Assembly (NCBI RefSeq): GCF_032191835.1
Contig: NC_083234.1
Span: 77,810,001-77,874,000 of the forward strand
Direction: 5' to 3'
DNA length: 64,000 nucleotides
From: Heteronotia binoei
Lineage: Eukaryota
The stretch's first letter is position 1; every line of letters begins with the position of its first letter. Below the pieces are notes generated by a model, which had not been told where the DNA came from, searched no databases, and saw only the letters and a list, made by a program, of their open reading frames with translations. Shown piece after piece: positions 47,160 to 58,700 of this stretch. The translations under genes were made by a program, and so were the position numbers.

Positions 47160-48238
47160 TTTTATTTATTTATTTATTTGGGATTTATATCCCGCCCTTC
47201 CCACAAGTGGCTCAGGGCGGCTTCCAACAATTGATCAGGCATAAAATTTAAACAATTTTAAGTATAAAACAATTAGATACTTAAACATTTAAAACCTTAA
47301 AAACCAGTAACATTTCAATTTCATAAAAACAATTAAACCTTAAAAACCAGTAACATTTCATTTCATATAAACAGATGGCTGGCCAATTACATCAAGTTTT
47401 CATCCCAGCTAGGTGTAAGCTAGCCGGAAGAGGGTCGTCTTACAGGCCCTGCGGAACTGAACCAGGGCCCTCACCTCTTCCGGCAGCTGATTCCACCATG
47501 TGGGGGCCATAACGGAGAAAGCCCTTTCTCTGGTGACTTTCAAGCGGGCTTCTTTTGCCCGGGGATAGAGAGGAGATTTTGTGTTCCTGACCTCAGTGCT
47601 CTCTGGGGAACATGTGGGGAGAGACGGTCCTTCAGGTAGGCAGGTCCCAGGCCATATAGGGCTTTAAAGGTAACAACCAGCACCTTGTACCGGACTCGGT
47701 ACATCACTGGAAGCCAGTGCAGAGTCCGAAGACCCGGCCGAATGTGTCCCCACTTTGGGAGACCTAATAACAGCCGGGCCGCGGCATTCTGCACCAGCTG
47801 CAATTTCTGAGTCCGGGACAGGGGCAGCCCCATGTAGAGGGCATTGCAGTAGTCCAACCTCGAGGTGACCGTAGCATGGATCACTGTTGCTAGGTCGTCA
47901 CGCTCCAGGAAGGGGGCCAGCTGCCTTGCCCGCCTAAGATGAAAAAATGCGGACTTGGCAGCGGCTGCTATCTGAGCCTCCATCTTTAAGGAAGGCTCCA
48001 ACAGCACCCCCAAGCTCCTGACTCTGTCTGCCGCCGTCAGCGGCGCACCGTCAAAAGCTGGCAGGGGGATCCCCCCCCCGGGCCGCGGCGACCCAAGCAA
48101 AGGACCTCTGTCTTCGTAGGATTTAGCTTCAGCCCACTCAGTCTGAGCCACTCAGCCACGGCCCGTAATGCCCGGTCAAGATTTTCCGGGGCGCAGACCG
48201 GCCGTCCGTCCATCAGTAGATAGAGCTGGGTGTCATCA
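47160..48238 (-). mobile_element. L2 LINE 3' 1.1 kb
   Basis: VRSLGVLLE..L.ME.QI...AKSAFFHLR...TSRLDYCNALYMGLP...LQLVQNAAARLL; its tail is nearly identical to 58999-59160. Confidence 0.93.
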
Positions 48239-48259
48239 GCAAAACATCTGGTTAGCCAC

Positions 48260-48515
48260 TGTAGAAGAAGAAGAAGATATTGGATTTATATCCCACCCTC
48301 CACTCCGAATCTCAGAGTTTCAGAGTGGCTCACAATCTCCTTTATCTTCCTCCCCCACAACAAACACCCTGTGAGGTGGGTGGAGCTGAGAGGGCTCTCA
48401 CAGCAGCTGCCTTTTCAACGACAATCTCTGCCAGAGCTGTGGCTGACCCAGGGCCATTCCAGCAGCTGCAAGTGGAGGTGTGGGGAATCAAACCACCACA
48501 CCAAACTGGCTCTCA
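48260..48515 (-). mobile_element. tRNA-derived SINE (same family as 40144)
   Basis: Reverse complement of the 40144 head and tail. Confidence 0.8.
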
Positions 48516-48535
48516 GTAAACAGAATACTGAACTA

Positions 48536-49174
48536 GAGAATCATAGAGTTGGAAGGGACCCCTAGGGTAATATAGTCCAACCCCTGCACAATGCAGGAAA
48601 CTCACAGACACCTCCCCCTAAATTCACAGGATCTTCATGGCTGTCAGATGGCCATCTAGCCTCTGTTTAAAAACCTTCAAGGAAGGAGAGCCCACCACCT
48701 CCCGAGGAAGCCTGTTCCACTGAGGAATCGCTCTAACGGTCAGGAAGTTCTTCCTAATGTTGAGCCGGAAACTCTTTTGATTTAATTTCAACCCATTGGT
48801 TCTGGTCCAACCTTCTGAGGCCACAGAAAACAATTCTACACCATCCTCTATATGACAGCCCTTCAAGTACTTGAAGATGGTGATCATATCACGTCTCAGC
48901 CGCCTCCTCTCCAGGCTAAATATCCCCAGCTCCTTCAGCCTTTCCTCATAGGACTTGGTCTCCAGACCCCTCAGCATCTTCATCACCCTTCTCTGAACCC
49001 GTTCCAGCTCGTCCATATCCTTCTTAAAATGTGGTGCCCATTACTGAACACAATACTCCAGGTGAGGTCTTACCAGAGCAAAGCAATACCATCACATCAT
49101 GTGATCTGGACACTTCTGTTGATATAGCCCAAAATTGCATTTGCCTTTTTAGCCACCGCATCACACTGTTGACT
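48536..49174 (-). mobile_element. Young CR1 3' fragment
   Basis: LERVQRRVMKMLRGLE...FSLERRRLR...WNRLPREVV; (TTCTATGA) tail. Confidence 0.92.
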
Positions 49175-49285
49175 AGATGGATGGCAAGGTCATAGCTTGC
49201 CAAGGGTGCCAAAAACCCCTGAGCCAACCCTGGACTGGTCACCATACCATTAACATTTCGACTTGTTGGTCACCATATTGAAAAA

Positions 49286-49542
49286 AATAGGAGTCAAGTT
49301 GCACCTTTAAGACCAACTTAATTTTATTCTGAACGTAAGCTTTTGTGTGCCCTCTGAGCACACTTCATTTGACGAGAAATCCGGTACATCAGACGAGGTA
49401 CCGGATTCCTAGTCTGATGAAGTGTGCTTAGAGAGCACACAAAAGCTTACGTTCGGAATAAAACTAAGTTGGTCTTAAAGGTGCAACTTGACTCCTGATT
49501 TGTTCTACTACTTCAGACCAACACAGCTGCCTCCTCGGATCT
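49286..49542. mobile_element. Complete short Penelope-like insertion: inverted pLTR plus pLTR, 14-bp TSD
   Basis: Arms 49289-49387 and 49398-49496 are inverted; TSD ACCATATTGAAAAA at 49272-49285 and 49543-49556. Confidence 0.75.
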
Positions 49543-49683
49543 ACCATATTGAAAAAGTTGGGAACTGCTGATCTAGAGGACTCTGCACAGCATTGCTGAG
49601 TGGGTGTTGTTAGCTGCTGTCATCCGTGGGTGTTGTTGGCTGCTGCATGAGGTGGGATGTTGAACTAGATGAATCCTCTCTGG

Positions 49684-50035
49684 TGTCAAGCGCCGATATT
49701 TCTCAATAACCAAGTCCTTTGTTTTAAATCAAAAGTAGGTTTATTGTTAGAAACTCAGGAGCTGTACCAAGGACACAAGCCTTGGGAGTAATGGAGTACA
49801 AACAGTTACACAGTTGCTATATAGGATATCATCAAAGGTTACACTACAGATGCATACTTGAGTCACGGGTTCAAAGGTTACTACGCAACTATCTATTTCA
49901 CTACCAAGGAATGTTAGGCTATTGAAAACATCAAACCTTCTCACACTTCTTTGGGGAGAGATAAGGGTTGTCTGTGTGAAACCGTCGGAGAGGCGACTTG
50001 AAGGCAATAGCAGCCAGTCTGTAGCATAAACATCC
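49684..50035 (-). mobile_element. Possible solo LTR
   Basis: Minus strand has a TATA-like CTATATAG, then AATAAA, and ends ...TGACA. No clear TSD or 5' end found. Confidence 0.35.
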
Positions 50036-50456
50036 CAGGGCCAGATGGATTTATTACTTGCCCACTGGCTGTAAATAAGGGGGGAGAAATGGAGAGCTGG
50101 TGACTTGCTCTCTATCTAGAAAATGGCAGGATAGAAATGAGCGTGCTTGACAATTGGTCTGATCCAGCAGGGGTCTTTTGGAGTTCTTGGAGTAGAGGCT
50201 CCTTTGGCTATCGCAGCTGCTAGCAGAATGGCTGCCCTCTGCCATGAATTTGCCTTATCCTCTTCTCAAGCCAGTGGTCGTTGCTAGGTTTTCCGATGAG
50301 GATTTCTGTAAATTAATGAAAATAAACCCCTCCCCCAACTTCAAGTAATGTGTAGATTTAGATATAGCATATGTGATTGCATAGAACAGGAGGTGCCGTG
50401 GGCAACTGAACGCCTGCAAGACTTGTGTTCACAGTGGGGGCTCTTCTATTCAACAG

Positions 50457-50558
50457 GGGTCATGGCACGTACATGGACAGTGAGAAGCTTGTGGCGTCTG
50501 TGGCTGGCGTGGTAGACAGGGTGAACAAGCTGGTCTGCGTGAAGGCTTTGAAAACAAG
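50457..50558 (+). CDS. EXOSC2: EXOSC2 coding exon 2
   Basis: caacAG|...|GTGAGG; 102 nt; GHGTYMDSEKLVASVAGVVDRVNKLVCVKALKT(R). Confidence 0.97.
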
Positions 50559-51569
50559 GTGAGGCTCTGAATTCCAGCAAGATAGCTGTGTTGGTTTCTT
50601 ACAACAAAGTCTTATTGTGGCAGCTAAGTGCAGCGGTATCAATTTCACGGTCTGGAGCTTTTTTCATCTGAGATTTGTAAATTGCCACCCCCAATTATTA
50701 TACCCAGAAACACGTGGCAGAATGTATGTGTGCAATAGGGCCAAAATGCTGTGGAACTCAAGAGGCCATTTCTAGGCAGAGTTTAGCTGTATTCCAGAAA
50801 AGCGTGATGGCTGTTTGCAGCAGTCCTAATTCCATTCCCTTTCAAGCTTTGTTGTGCTGGCTTAACACCTGCAGAGTAACGAGGCAGGAGTCCTGGAGCG
50901 CCTTTAAGACCAACAAATTTTTATTTAGAATATAAGCTTTTGCGTGCACGCACGAGGAATGAAGCACAGTGAGCAGAGCTACATATAGCTGGGGGGGTTT
51001 AGAATGCAAAGTGGTACAACGTAAGAATTCAGTAGCAGCATAGTAAAATTAACAAATTCAGAAAACCTTTGATCTGGGCTGCATTAGCGTGGGAAGCCGA
51101 TACAACAGTAACGTGTCAGAATGTGAGAATGTCTGTTAATTATTCTGTTGCTAATAAGCTTGGGACAAAAGGAGGGCATTTCTTTCCCAGAAGTTTTTCC
51201 TGTCCAACTAATTTACCTTTTAACATGTAACATAAATATATACATCATTCTATTTTGCCGTTAGAAGAAAATGCATTAAAATAGAGTGGAAGATGGGTTT
51301 AGTATATATAATGAGATAAACAGCCAATATCTACCTGCAGAGAAATTAAACCTTCTTCATTAAACTTTTAAGTGTGTAGAATCAAATTAGCTAATAACTT
51401 TTAATTCAGTAGTTTATCAGTTGAGAGTGGTGAAGAGCTTTTAGGCCGTTAGCTTCCTCAGGTGTTTTACTTGATGTTCTGCCTGCGTTTGGAAGACCAG
51501 TCATGTGTTCAGTTGGAGAATGAGTGCTGAGAGCCTTCTTTTCTTGCGCTCTATAAAGGCCTTTCCCAC

Positions 51570-51780
51570 ATTCTCATTTTCCTGACACGTGTTTTCGTGT
51601 GTTTCTGTTGCTTCAGGTTCTTTTTCTGTTCCACACATGTTTTGCTCCCTCTAGTGGTTGATCTGATATTACAGCAGTGTACATCCAGCATATTTTCTGG
51701 ATATTTAACCTGCAGATTTTTATGCCAAACACAAAGCAATATAATATCAAATTGATCACTAGAGGGAGCAAAATAGGAAT
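51570..51780. repeat. Palindromic MITE-like repeat with CTCF-like motifs in both arms
   Basis: GCTCCCTCTAGTGG 51644-51657 and TCACTAGAGGGAGC 51756-51769; homologues at ~57170-57390 and ~63900-64000. Confidence 0.65.
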
Positions 51781-52804
51781 CCCCTCCCCAGCAATAGGAA
51801 AACACAAGGGAAGAAAATGACAATGCAGAAAACATATAGACTAGAAACCGCCTGCTTTGAAACAAACTGCAGTTTGCCATTATGTTTAAATTGGATGAAA
51901 TGATGGCTCTTTGGTTTCTTGCTTTGTTTTGTCCAGGCTCGGAAACTTTGAGTGTCTGCCCATGAGAACACATAAACTTGAGGGCCTTGGGCTCAGTGGG
52001 ATGGTTAAGCTGCCTGAATGCAGGCCATAGGTTGTCTCTGCTTTTGGCAGGTGGGCCTGTTGAACGGCCAGCACTCCACTTTGCCTTGGTTTGTACCAAA
52101 ACTTTTTATGGCTTCAGCATAAGACTGATGGAATACTGTGTAGCAACTTCTAAAAAACTACACGATTCTGGGCATGATGAAGCTTCAGTTCTAGAAATGG
52201 GTACTCTTTCTGGGCCTGGCTAGCTCAGTCTCATTTCATCTCGGAAGCCCTGATTAAAACTGGCGTGGGAGACCACCAAGGAGGTCTGGGGTTGCTATGT
52301 AGAGGCAGGAGATGGCAAATAGCCTCTGAATGCCTCTTGCCTTGAAAACCCTGCTAGGCTTCTGCAAGTTGGCATTTCCACCCCCGAGAGGGGACCCCTG
52401 GCCTGATTGGCCCAGGCTGGCCTGATCTGGTCATCCTTGGTCCCTATTTGGATGGGAGGCCTCAGAGGAAGCCCCAGGTTGCTGCGCAGAGGCCTTGAAA
52501 ACCCCACCTGTGACTTGACACCACTTTCTGCCACCACCGACCTTTCTGGGTGTCGCTGTTCTTGCAGAAAAAGCCCATCAGGAACTCATTTGCATATTGG
52601 GGTACACCCCCTGACACCAAGTCAGCCGGAATTGCGTTCCTGTGTGCTCTGCTCAACAAAAGCCCTGCTCCCTGCTAAGTTGCTCTGTTTTCACAACTGG
52701 GATGGCACTCGTGACACTGCTTGTAGGAATGGTGTGGAGATGAATGGAGGGGGAGAAAGTCTGTTTTGAAGATTCATCTTAAATCTTTCTCTTTTTTTGG
52801 TCAG

Positions 52805-52850
52805 GTATAATGGCGAAGTTGGCGATATTGTGGTCGGGCGAATCACAGAG
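52805..52850 (+). CDS. EXOSC2: EXOSC2 coding exon 3 (S1 domain start)
   Basis: ttggtcAG|...|GTATGG; 46 nt; YNGEVGDIVVGRITE. Confidence 0.97.
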
Positions 52851-54640
52851 GTATGGAAGCCCAGGGTTATTTCCCTAGCATGTGTTAAGTTCCAGTTTGT
52901 ATAAAAAGGGGACCTGCAAAGAATCGTGAGAGGAAGGAATAATTTGGAAACCTCATGGCCGTCCTGGCAGGATTCTCTCAGCAGACGTCCCCTCCTTCCC
53001 CTTAACTGACTTTCACTTGCTCTGTCATTCCATGCCTCCTGGAGCATGCTCTCAGCTTTCATTGGGAAGGGTATTTTTTAGGGGTTTTGCTGGAGAAGCA
53101 GCAGCCTGCTAGGAGTCTAGTACCGTAGTAGTTGCTGTAAATACTGCTGAAAAAGTTCAAGTCCACTTGTACACTAGGGGGAGCTGTGGGGCATTCTCTA
53201 GTCTGCAGGGTTTATTGAATGTTTCCTCTTACCGTTCAGCCACACCTCGTGTTGTTTCTGTCCGTTGTGTGTTAGTATATGTTTGCGCTGGTGCTCTGAA
53301 GGCTTCTGTTGTATTAGTTGCCTGCAGTGAGTTGTTGCCTTTTTTGCAAAGAAATTCATCGAAAGCAAACTCTGCCAGCAGTTTTAACCCTTAGGTTGCC
53401 GTGAGCCCGTGACCTGGGAAGCCCAAGATATCCAGATCTCAGCAGATCTTGGAACCTAAGCAGGGTCAGCCCTGTATAGTATTTGGATGGGAGACCACCA
53501 CTCAGGTTATTTATTTATTTATTTATTCGATTTACATCCCGCCCTCTCCACTGAGGCGGGCTCAGGGCGGCAATGGAAAAGCATCTATGAATGTCTTGCC
53601 TTGAAAACCCTGCAGGCTTGCTATACGTTGGCTGTGAAATAATAATGATGCCAGCTTCAGGGATCCCTTGGAGCCTCTAGAGTCCTTCGCCTCATCTCTC
53701 TGTGGCCCTGTGAAGCTGCCGTCCCAACTGGGGCAGGGGTTGGCCACCTTCCTATTTGGATACAGTACTTAGATTTTCATGTGTGCGTTAGAAATGTCTG
53801 CGGTTTTAGTAAATGCTCCTCTGACCTTCTGCTCTCTATGCTGGCTCTGGTAACGGGGGAGGGGGGATGTCAGCATGGATGTGTATGCTCCAGAGTGCCT
53901 CCTTGCCTGCTTCTAAGAACACACAGCGCATAATTACCCTGAATTTATGAGTGCGCCAGGGAGATTAAACGGACAATAAATCAAAAGCATTGGGAGCCAG
54001 GGATATTAGTTGGTAGCATTTATATCTTGTTTTGATGGGTTCAGAACACCTTTTGTGCATCATCTGGTCATCTTTGCTACAATCCTGTAAGGTGTGATTA
54101 TCTGCATCTATGTGGGAGGGAGTTCAGTGGCGTATCCAGGTGACAGGAGTGATATTTGAACCATGGACTTTTGCAGTTGAAATTCAGTCTCTTAGCAGCT
54201 TTACTCTACTGGCTGCAAAAATAGAACAGGAGCCCTGTGCCATCTTAAAGACTGAAAGATTTGTTGTCCTAAGAGCCTCTTTGTGGGCTTGAGCCTTTGA
54301 ATTAATGCTGAAACCACTGAGTGTTATTTTAATTTCAGAGGCTTAGATCTGAATCTCTTTTTCTGCCCACGGAAAGTGCTTCCACTCTTGGGTGGGGGGA
54401 GCCATACTCAACAGTTCCCTTCCCATTTCTCTGCAGACTTCCACTTCCCTCCCCACCCCTGCTGCTGTTCCCAGGGGTTCACTGGCCCCCAAATACAACA
54501 TTCCAGTGTGTGTGTGTGGGGGGGGGAGGGGATGTACTAAGGTGCAGTGGGAGGAGGGAAGTCAGCAAGTTCCTTTCTGTGTGCTGCTGCTCTGCTCACA
54601 CAACTCAGAATCTGTACCAATGAAGTGATCATTAATGTCA

Positions 54641-55150
54641 TCATAGAATCATAGAGTTGGAAGGGACCTCCAGGGTCATCTAGTCCAACCCCCTGCACAA
54701 TGCAGGAAACTCAGAAACACCTCCCCCTAAATTCACAGGATCTTCATTGCTGTCAGATGGCCATCTAGCCTCTGTTAAAAAACCTCCAAGGAAGGAGAGC
54801 CCACCACCTCCCGAGGAAGCCTGTTCCACTGAGGAATCGCTCTAACGGTCAGGAAGTTCTTCCTAATGTTGAGCCGGAAACTCTTTTGATTTAATTTCAA
54901 CCCATTGTTTCTGGTTCTACCTTCCGGGGCCACAGAAAACAATTCCACACCATCCTCTAGATGACAACCCTTCAAGGACTTGAAGATGGGGATCATATCA
55001 CCTCTCAGCCGCCTCCTCTCCAGGCTAAAGAAGACCAGCTCCTTCAACCTTTCTTGACAGGACTTGGTCTCCAGACCCCTCACCATCTTCGTCGCCCTCC
55101 TCTGGACCCATTCCAGCTTGTCTAGATCCTTCTTAAAATGTGGTGCCCAA
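54641..55150 (-). mobile_element. Young CR1 3' fragment in EXOSC2 intron 3
   Basis: Near-identical to the 48536 copy. Confidence 0.92.
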
Positions 55151-55218
55151 GCCTGGATAGGACATGTTGTGATTGTAGCACTCACCTTAACATCACACAA
55201 CAACTTCTCTCCCTTCAG

Positions 55219-55308
55219 GTGCAGCAGAAACGATGGAAGGTGGAAACCAATTCTCGGCTGGATTCAGTCTTGCTTCTTTCCTCGATGAATCTTCCAGGAG
55301 GGGAGCTG
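55219..55308 (+). CDS. EXOSC2: EXOSC2 coding exon 4
   Basis: cccttcAG|...|GTGAGT; 90 nt; VQQKRWKVETNSRLDSVLLLSSMNLPGGEL. Confidence 0.97.
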
Positions 55309-55414
55309 GTGAGTGATACCTGCCGGTTCGATGTGGGGCCAGGAGTGCCAACTTAGCCCTTGCCCAGGGGGTTTGTGCCCTAAGAAAGTCAGGAGCAGAA
55401 GTGAGGTTGAATCT

Positions 55415-55725
55415 GTAGACCATGTTTTTCAGCTGCCCATATTATAGGGAAGCTCGTTTTAGAATTATTACTCCACTAGTCGATAGGACACCTGCTTATA
55501 TTAATACAAACAAAGCAAGACTACATTGCTTCCTATCAGATAAGAATTCAGAGATTACACAGTCAGTTGCTGAGTTTTGTGCATTAATTCTTAGATTTAG
55601 GGAATTGCATTTTAAAGGTTCTTAAATTTTGATCTCTATTTTAGCATACTACGTCTGTTTTTATTTTTTCATATTATGTTTATACCGTATTCTGGTCTCG
55701 AGACTGTAATAAACTATGATGATGA
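55415..55725 (+). mobile_element. Non-LTR retrotransposon 3' end (related to 42620)
   Basis: FFSCPYYREAR...LSDKN..ITQSVAEF; AATAAA followed by a (TGA)n/A-rich tail. Confidence 0.55.
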
Positions 55726-56032
55726 AAAACAAATAAAAAAAATTACAGATTTACGCTAACCTTTATGGGGGAAAGCTAAATGTCAAAGGTCGCTCTGATG
55801 TGAAGACATTTCCTTCCCACTGCAGATCTCCCCCCCACCCCCCAAATCATTCTCCTGCCATCTGAGGGGGGGCTTTGTAGAGAACTCTGGGAGGGGAAGG
55901 CAGGAAAGTTCAGTTCTGCCATTGAAAAAAAGTTAACCTGATCTTTTAGACTGATAAAAAAATTAAAAGCTGTGCCGTGCTGTGGTGACTGGATTTACTG
56001 AATAGGTCCTGTGGGGGTTTGCTGTCTTGCAG

Positions 56033-56098
56033 AGGCGAAGGTCAGCCGAAGATGAGCTCGCCATGAGAGACTACCTGCAAGAAGGAGACCTCATCAGC
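56033..56098 (+). CDS. EXOSC2: EXOSC2 coding exon 5
   Basis: tcttgcAG|...|GTATCCT; 66 nt; RRRSAEDELAMRDYLQEGDLIS. Confidence 0.97.
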
Positions 56099-56719
56099 GT
56101 ATCCTGCCGTGGACTAGGGGGCTGTGGCTTAGTGGTGGTGGTCTTGTTGGGTGTGTGTTCAGCCCCTGGCCCCTCCAGTTCAAGGATCTTGGCTGGTGTC
56201 TAGAGAGACCGTTCTCTGCTTGAGACCCAGGAGAGCAGCTGCCGTCAGAGCAGGGAAAGCTGTGCTACTGGACCAGCAGCAGCCTGGCCGGATAGAAAGC
56301 AGCTTCAGATCTTCATTTCAGGAAGGAGCAGACTGATGAACCAAAGGCCTGCTCTCTTCTTGCAGCATGCTGTTCATCTGGTCATAGTTGTGGTTCCTCC
56401 AGAGTTGGGAATGGAGTGTGAGCACTCTTTAAGCTTGGCCTTCAATCATGTGTGAGCACTCTTTAAGCTTGGCCTTCAGGGTCATACCCATGCGCCATAG
56501 GTATGCATGCATGTCCCTGAGAGTGGAGGCAAGCTACTTTGAGGGCACCAAACAGATACAGAATAGGAGAGTTGGATCTGGCACAATCCTCTGGGAGCTC
56601 TCTGTTACAGACCACTTTGACAGGAATGGGAGCTGAATAATAAGAGGTAGCCAAGATGGCCAGAAGCGTTCAGGAAATACAAGCGATGTGCCTTTCTTTT
56701 CCTTAAGCAGTTCTGACAG
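56099..56719 (+). other. EXOSC2: U12-type (minor spliceosome) GT-AG intron 5 of EXOSC2
   Basis: 5' site GTATCCTG (U12 consensus RTATCCTT); branch-point-like TTTTCCTTAAG at 56697-56707, 12 nt before the exon, with no polypyrimidine tract in between. Confidence 0.85.
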
Positions 56720-56788
56720 GCAGAGGTCCAGGCCGTATTCTCGGATGGGGCTGTGTCACTGCATACCCGTAGTCTGAAATATGGAAAG
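56720..56788 (+). CDS. EXOSC2: EXOSC2 coding exon 6
   Basis: ctgacAG|...|GTAGGT; 69 nt; AEVQAVFSDGAVSLHTRSLKYGK. Confidence 0.97.
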
Positions 56789-57779
56789 GTAGGTCAACTT
56801 TGTAAATTGCTTCCTGTGGTTAGGTCCCTTCTCCTTCCACTGATTACTCCCTGCACCTGGTAGAGGAGGCTGCTAAGTTGCTTGATGGTGTTTTTATGAT
56901 CTGTGGATTGCATTGCAATTGTATTTTGTTACCTGAAGGCAATACAATTGTATTTGTTCGTATTGCCTTTGCATTTGCTACCTTTAGGCAGTGGTCAGGG
57001 TAGTGGCTAGTTGGCCACACAGTGGAAACCTTTCACAGGTACTAGGATGCTTTAAAAAAGAAAAATCAGCACCAGATACCAGCAACAGTTCTCAAGGAAA
57101 GCTGTGTTAAAAAGCCTTGAAGCAAAATATAAACAGGGCACCCCTGCAACAGCTTGGGCTTTTCCATATTCTCAGCTGCTTCAGAGTTTCCCCCCTGTTC
57201 CACATGTGTTTTGCTCCCTTTAGTAGTTTAATATCAAATTGCTGTATGTTCAGCATAAAAAACTGCTGTTTAAGTCTACAGGGAGATATACTGGACGTAG
57301 AGTGATGTAATATAAAATCAGCCACTAGAGGAAGCATAACACCCTCCAAAGCAACAGGAACGCCCAAGTGCGGAAAATGAGAATTAGGAAAAGGCCCTTA
57401 TGTTTACATTCTATCAGAAGCATTTTTGGCCTCTTGAATGTTGACATTTCTGGGCTCTGATGCAGATATAATTAATGGATTTAATAGCCAATCTGATCAT
57501 CATAAGTCCCTTTTTTTGTTTCCTCGAAAAATGCTGTAAGTGTTGAAATGGGGGCGACTTTTTTGTCACTGGCTTCTAAAAGGCAAGATTTGCGTTACTT
57601 ACCTCCTGTATACTTCATAGTGTATAATGCCAATACAGGTTGATGATGTTGTTGATTCAGAGATTGTGAAGCTCTCCTACCTTTCTGGGTTATTAGAAAA
57701 ATGTCCACACGATTTCAGGTAGCAAGCAGTGTTGGTTTACTTTTTGCTGCAAAGTTCTTCTAACCCCACCCCCCCAACA

Positions 57780-57791
57780 CATACATACATA

Positions 57792-57825
<34 letters not shown>

Positions 57826-57881
57826 TAGGATTTAGAGTTCATGTAATTGGGGAAGTTTGGGATTTTAGTTTCCTGTGTGTG

Positions 57882-57923
<42 letters not shown>

Positions 57924-57983
57924 TGGATTTTAGAGTTCATGTAATTGGGGAAGTTTGGGATTTTAGTTTCCTGTGTGTGGTAA
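57780..57983. repeat. (CA)n microsatellites with a ~58-bp direct duplication
   Basis: GATTT(T)AGAGTTCATGTAATTGGGGAAGTTTGGGATTTTAGTTTCCTGTGTGTGGTA occurs twice, each after a (CA)n/(TA)n tract. Confidence 0.85.
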
Positions 57984-58132
57984 GTCTCTGCAAGGGTAGG
58001 TTGCAGTTGGAGATGCTCAGAGTAACAACACTGCAAAGGCGAAGTGTTGTTCAGATCGTGCTGAGAGTAACAAGACTTTCAAGATGAGAGTGGTCCAGCC
58101 TAAAGCCCTGCTGTCCTTTCTCTTCTGTGCAG

Positions 58133-58309
58133 CTTGGCCAGGGGGTGCTGGTCCAGGTTTCCCCATCCCTCGTGAAGCGGCAGAAGACCCACTTCCATGA
58201 CTTGCCCTGTGGGGCCTCTGTCATCCTGGGCAACAACGGCTTCATCTGGATCTACCCAACTCCTGAGCAGAAGGAGGAAGAGGCCGGGGGCTTTGTCACC
58301 AATCTGGAG
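58133..58309 (+). CDS. EXOSC2: EXOSC2 coding exon 7 (KH domain)
   Basis: ctgtgcAG|...|GTGAGG; 177 nt; LGQGVLVQVSPSLVKRQKTHFHDLPCGASVILGNNGFIWIYPTPEQKEEEAGGFVTNLE, with the GNNG motif of RRP4/RRP40. Confidence 0.98.
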
Positions 58310-58571
58310 GTGAGGCTTGGAAGGCGGAGGCCCTGGGCTGGGAAGAGGCCTGAGCGTAAAGAGAACCTGTTCACAGATCAAGGAGAGAGCATACCCGCTG
58401 GGGGCCTCTGAAGAGTCACATAGGGGGCGGGGGGGGGGAATAATTTGGAAACCCTCCTTCTCCCTGCAATCTCCCACTCCAGGATTCTCTTTCTCACAAG
58501 TGATGGCGGCATAACCTTCCCTGCTTTTGTCCTGGTGGTCTCACTCTTGGTCTCCTTGCCTCCCTTTTCAG

Positions 58572-58700
58572 CCGGTGCCCTTGCCTGACCGGGAAGTGAT
58601 CTCTCGCCTCCGCAACTGCATCGTGGCTCTGGTCGCACAGAAGCTGATGCTCTACGACACCAGCATCCTGTACTGCTACGAGGCATCCCTGTCTCATCAG
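58572..58700 (+). CDS. EXOSC2: EXOSC2 coding exon 8
   Basis: cttttcAG|...|GTAGAG; 129 nt; PVPLPDREVISRLRNCIVALVAQKLMLYDTSILYCYEASLSHQ. Confidence 0.97.
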
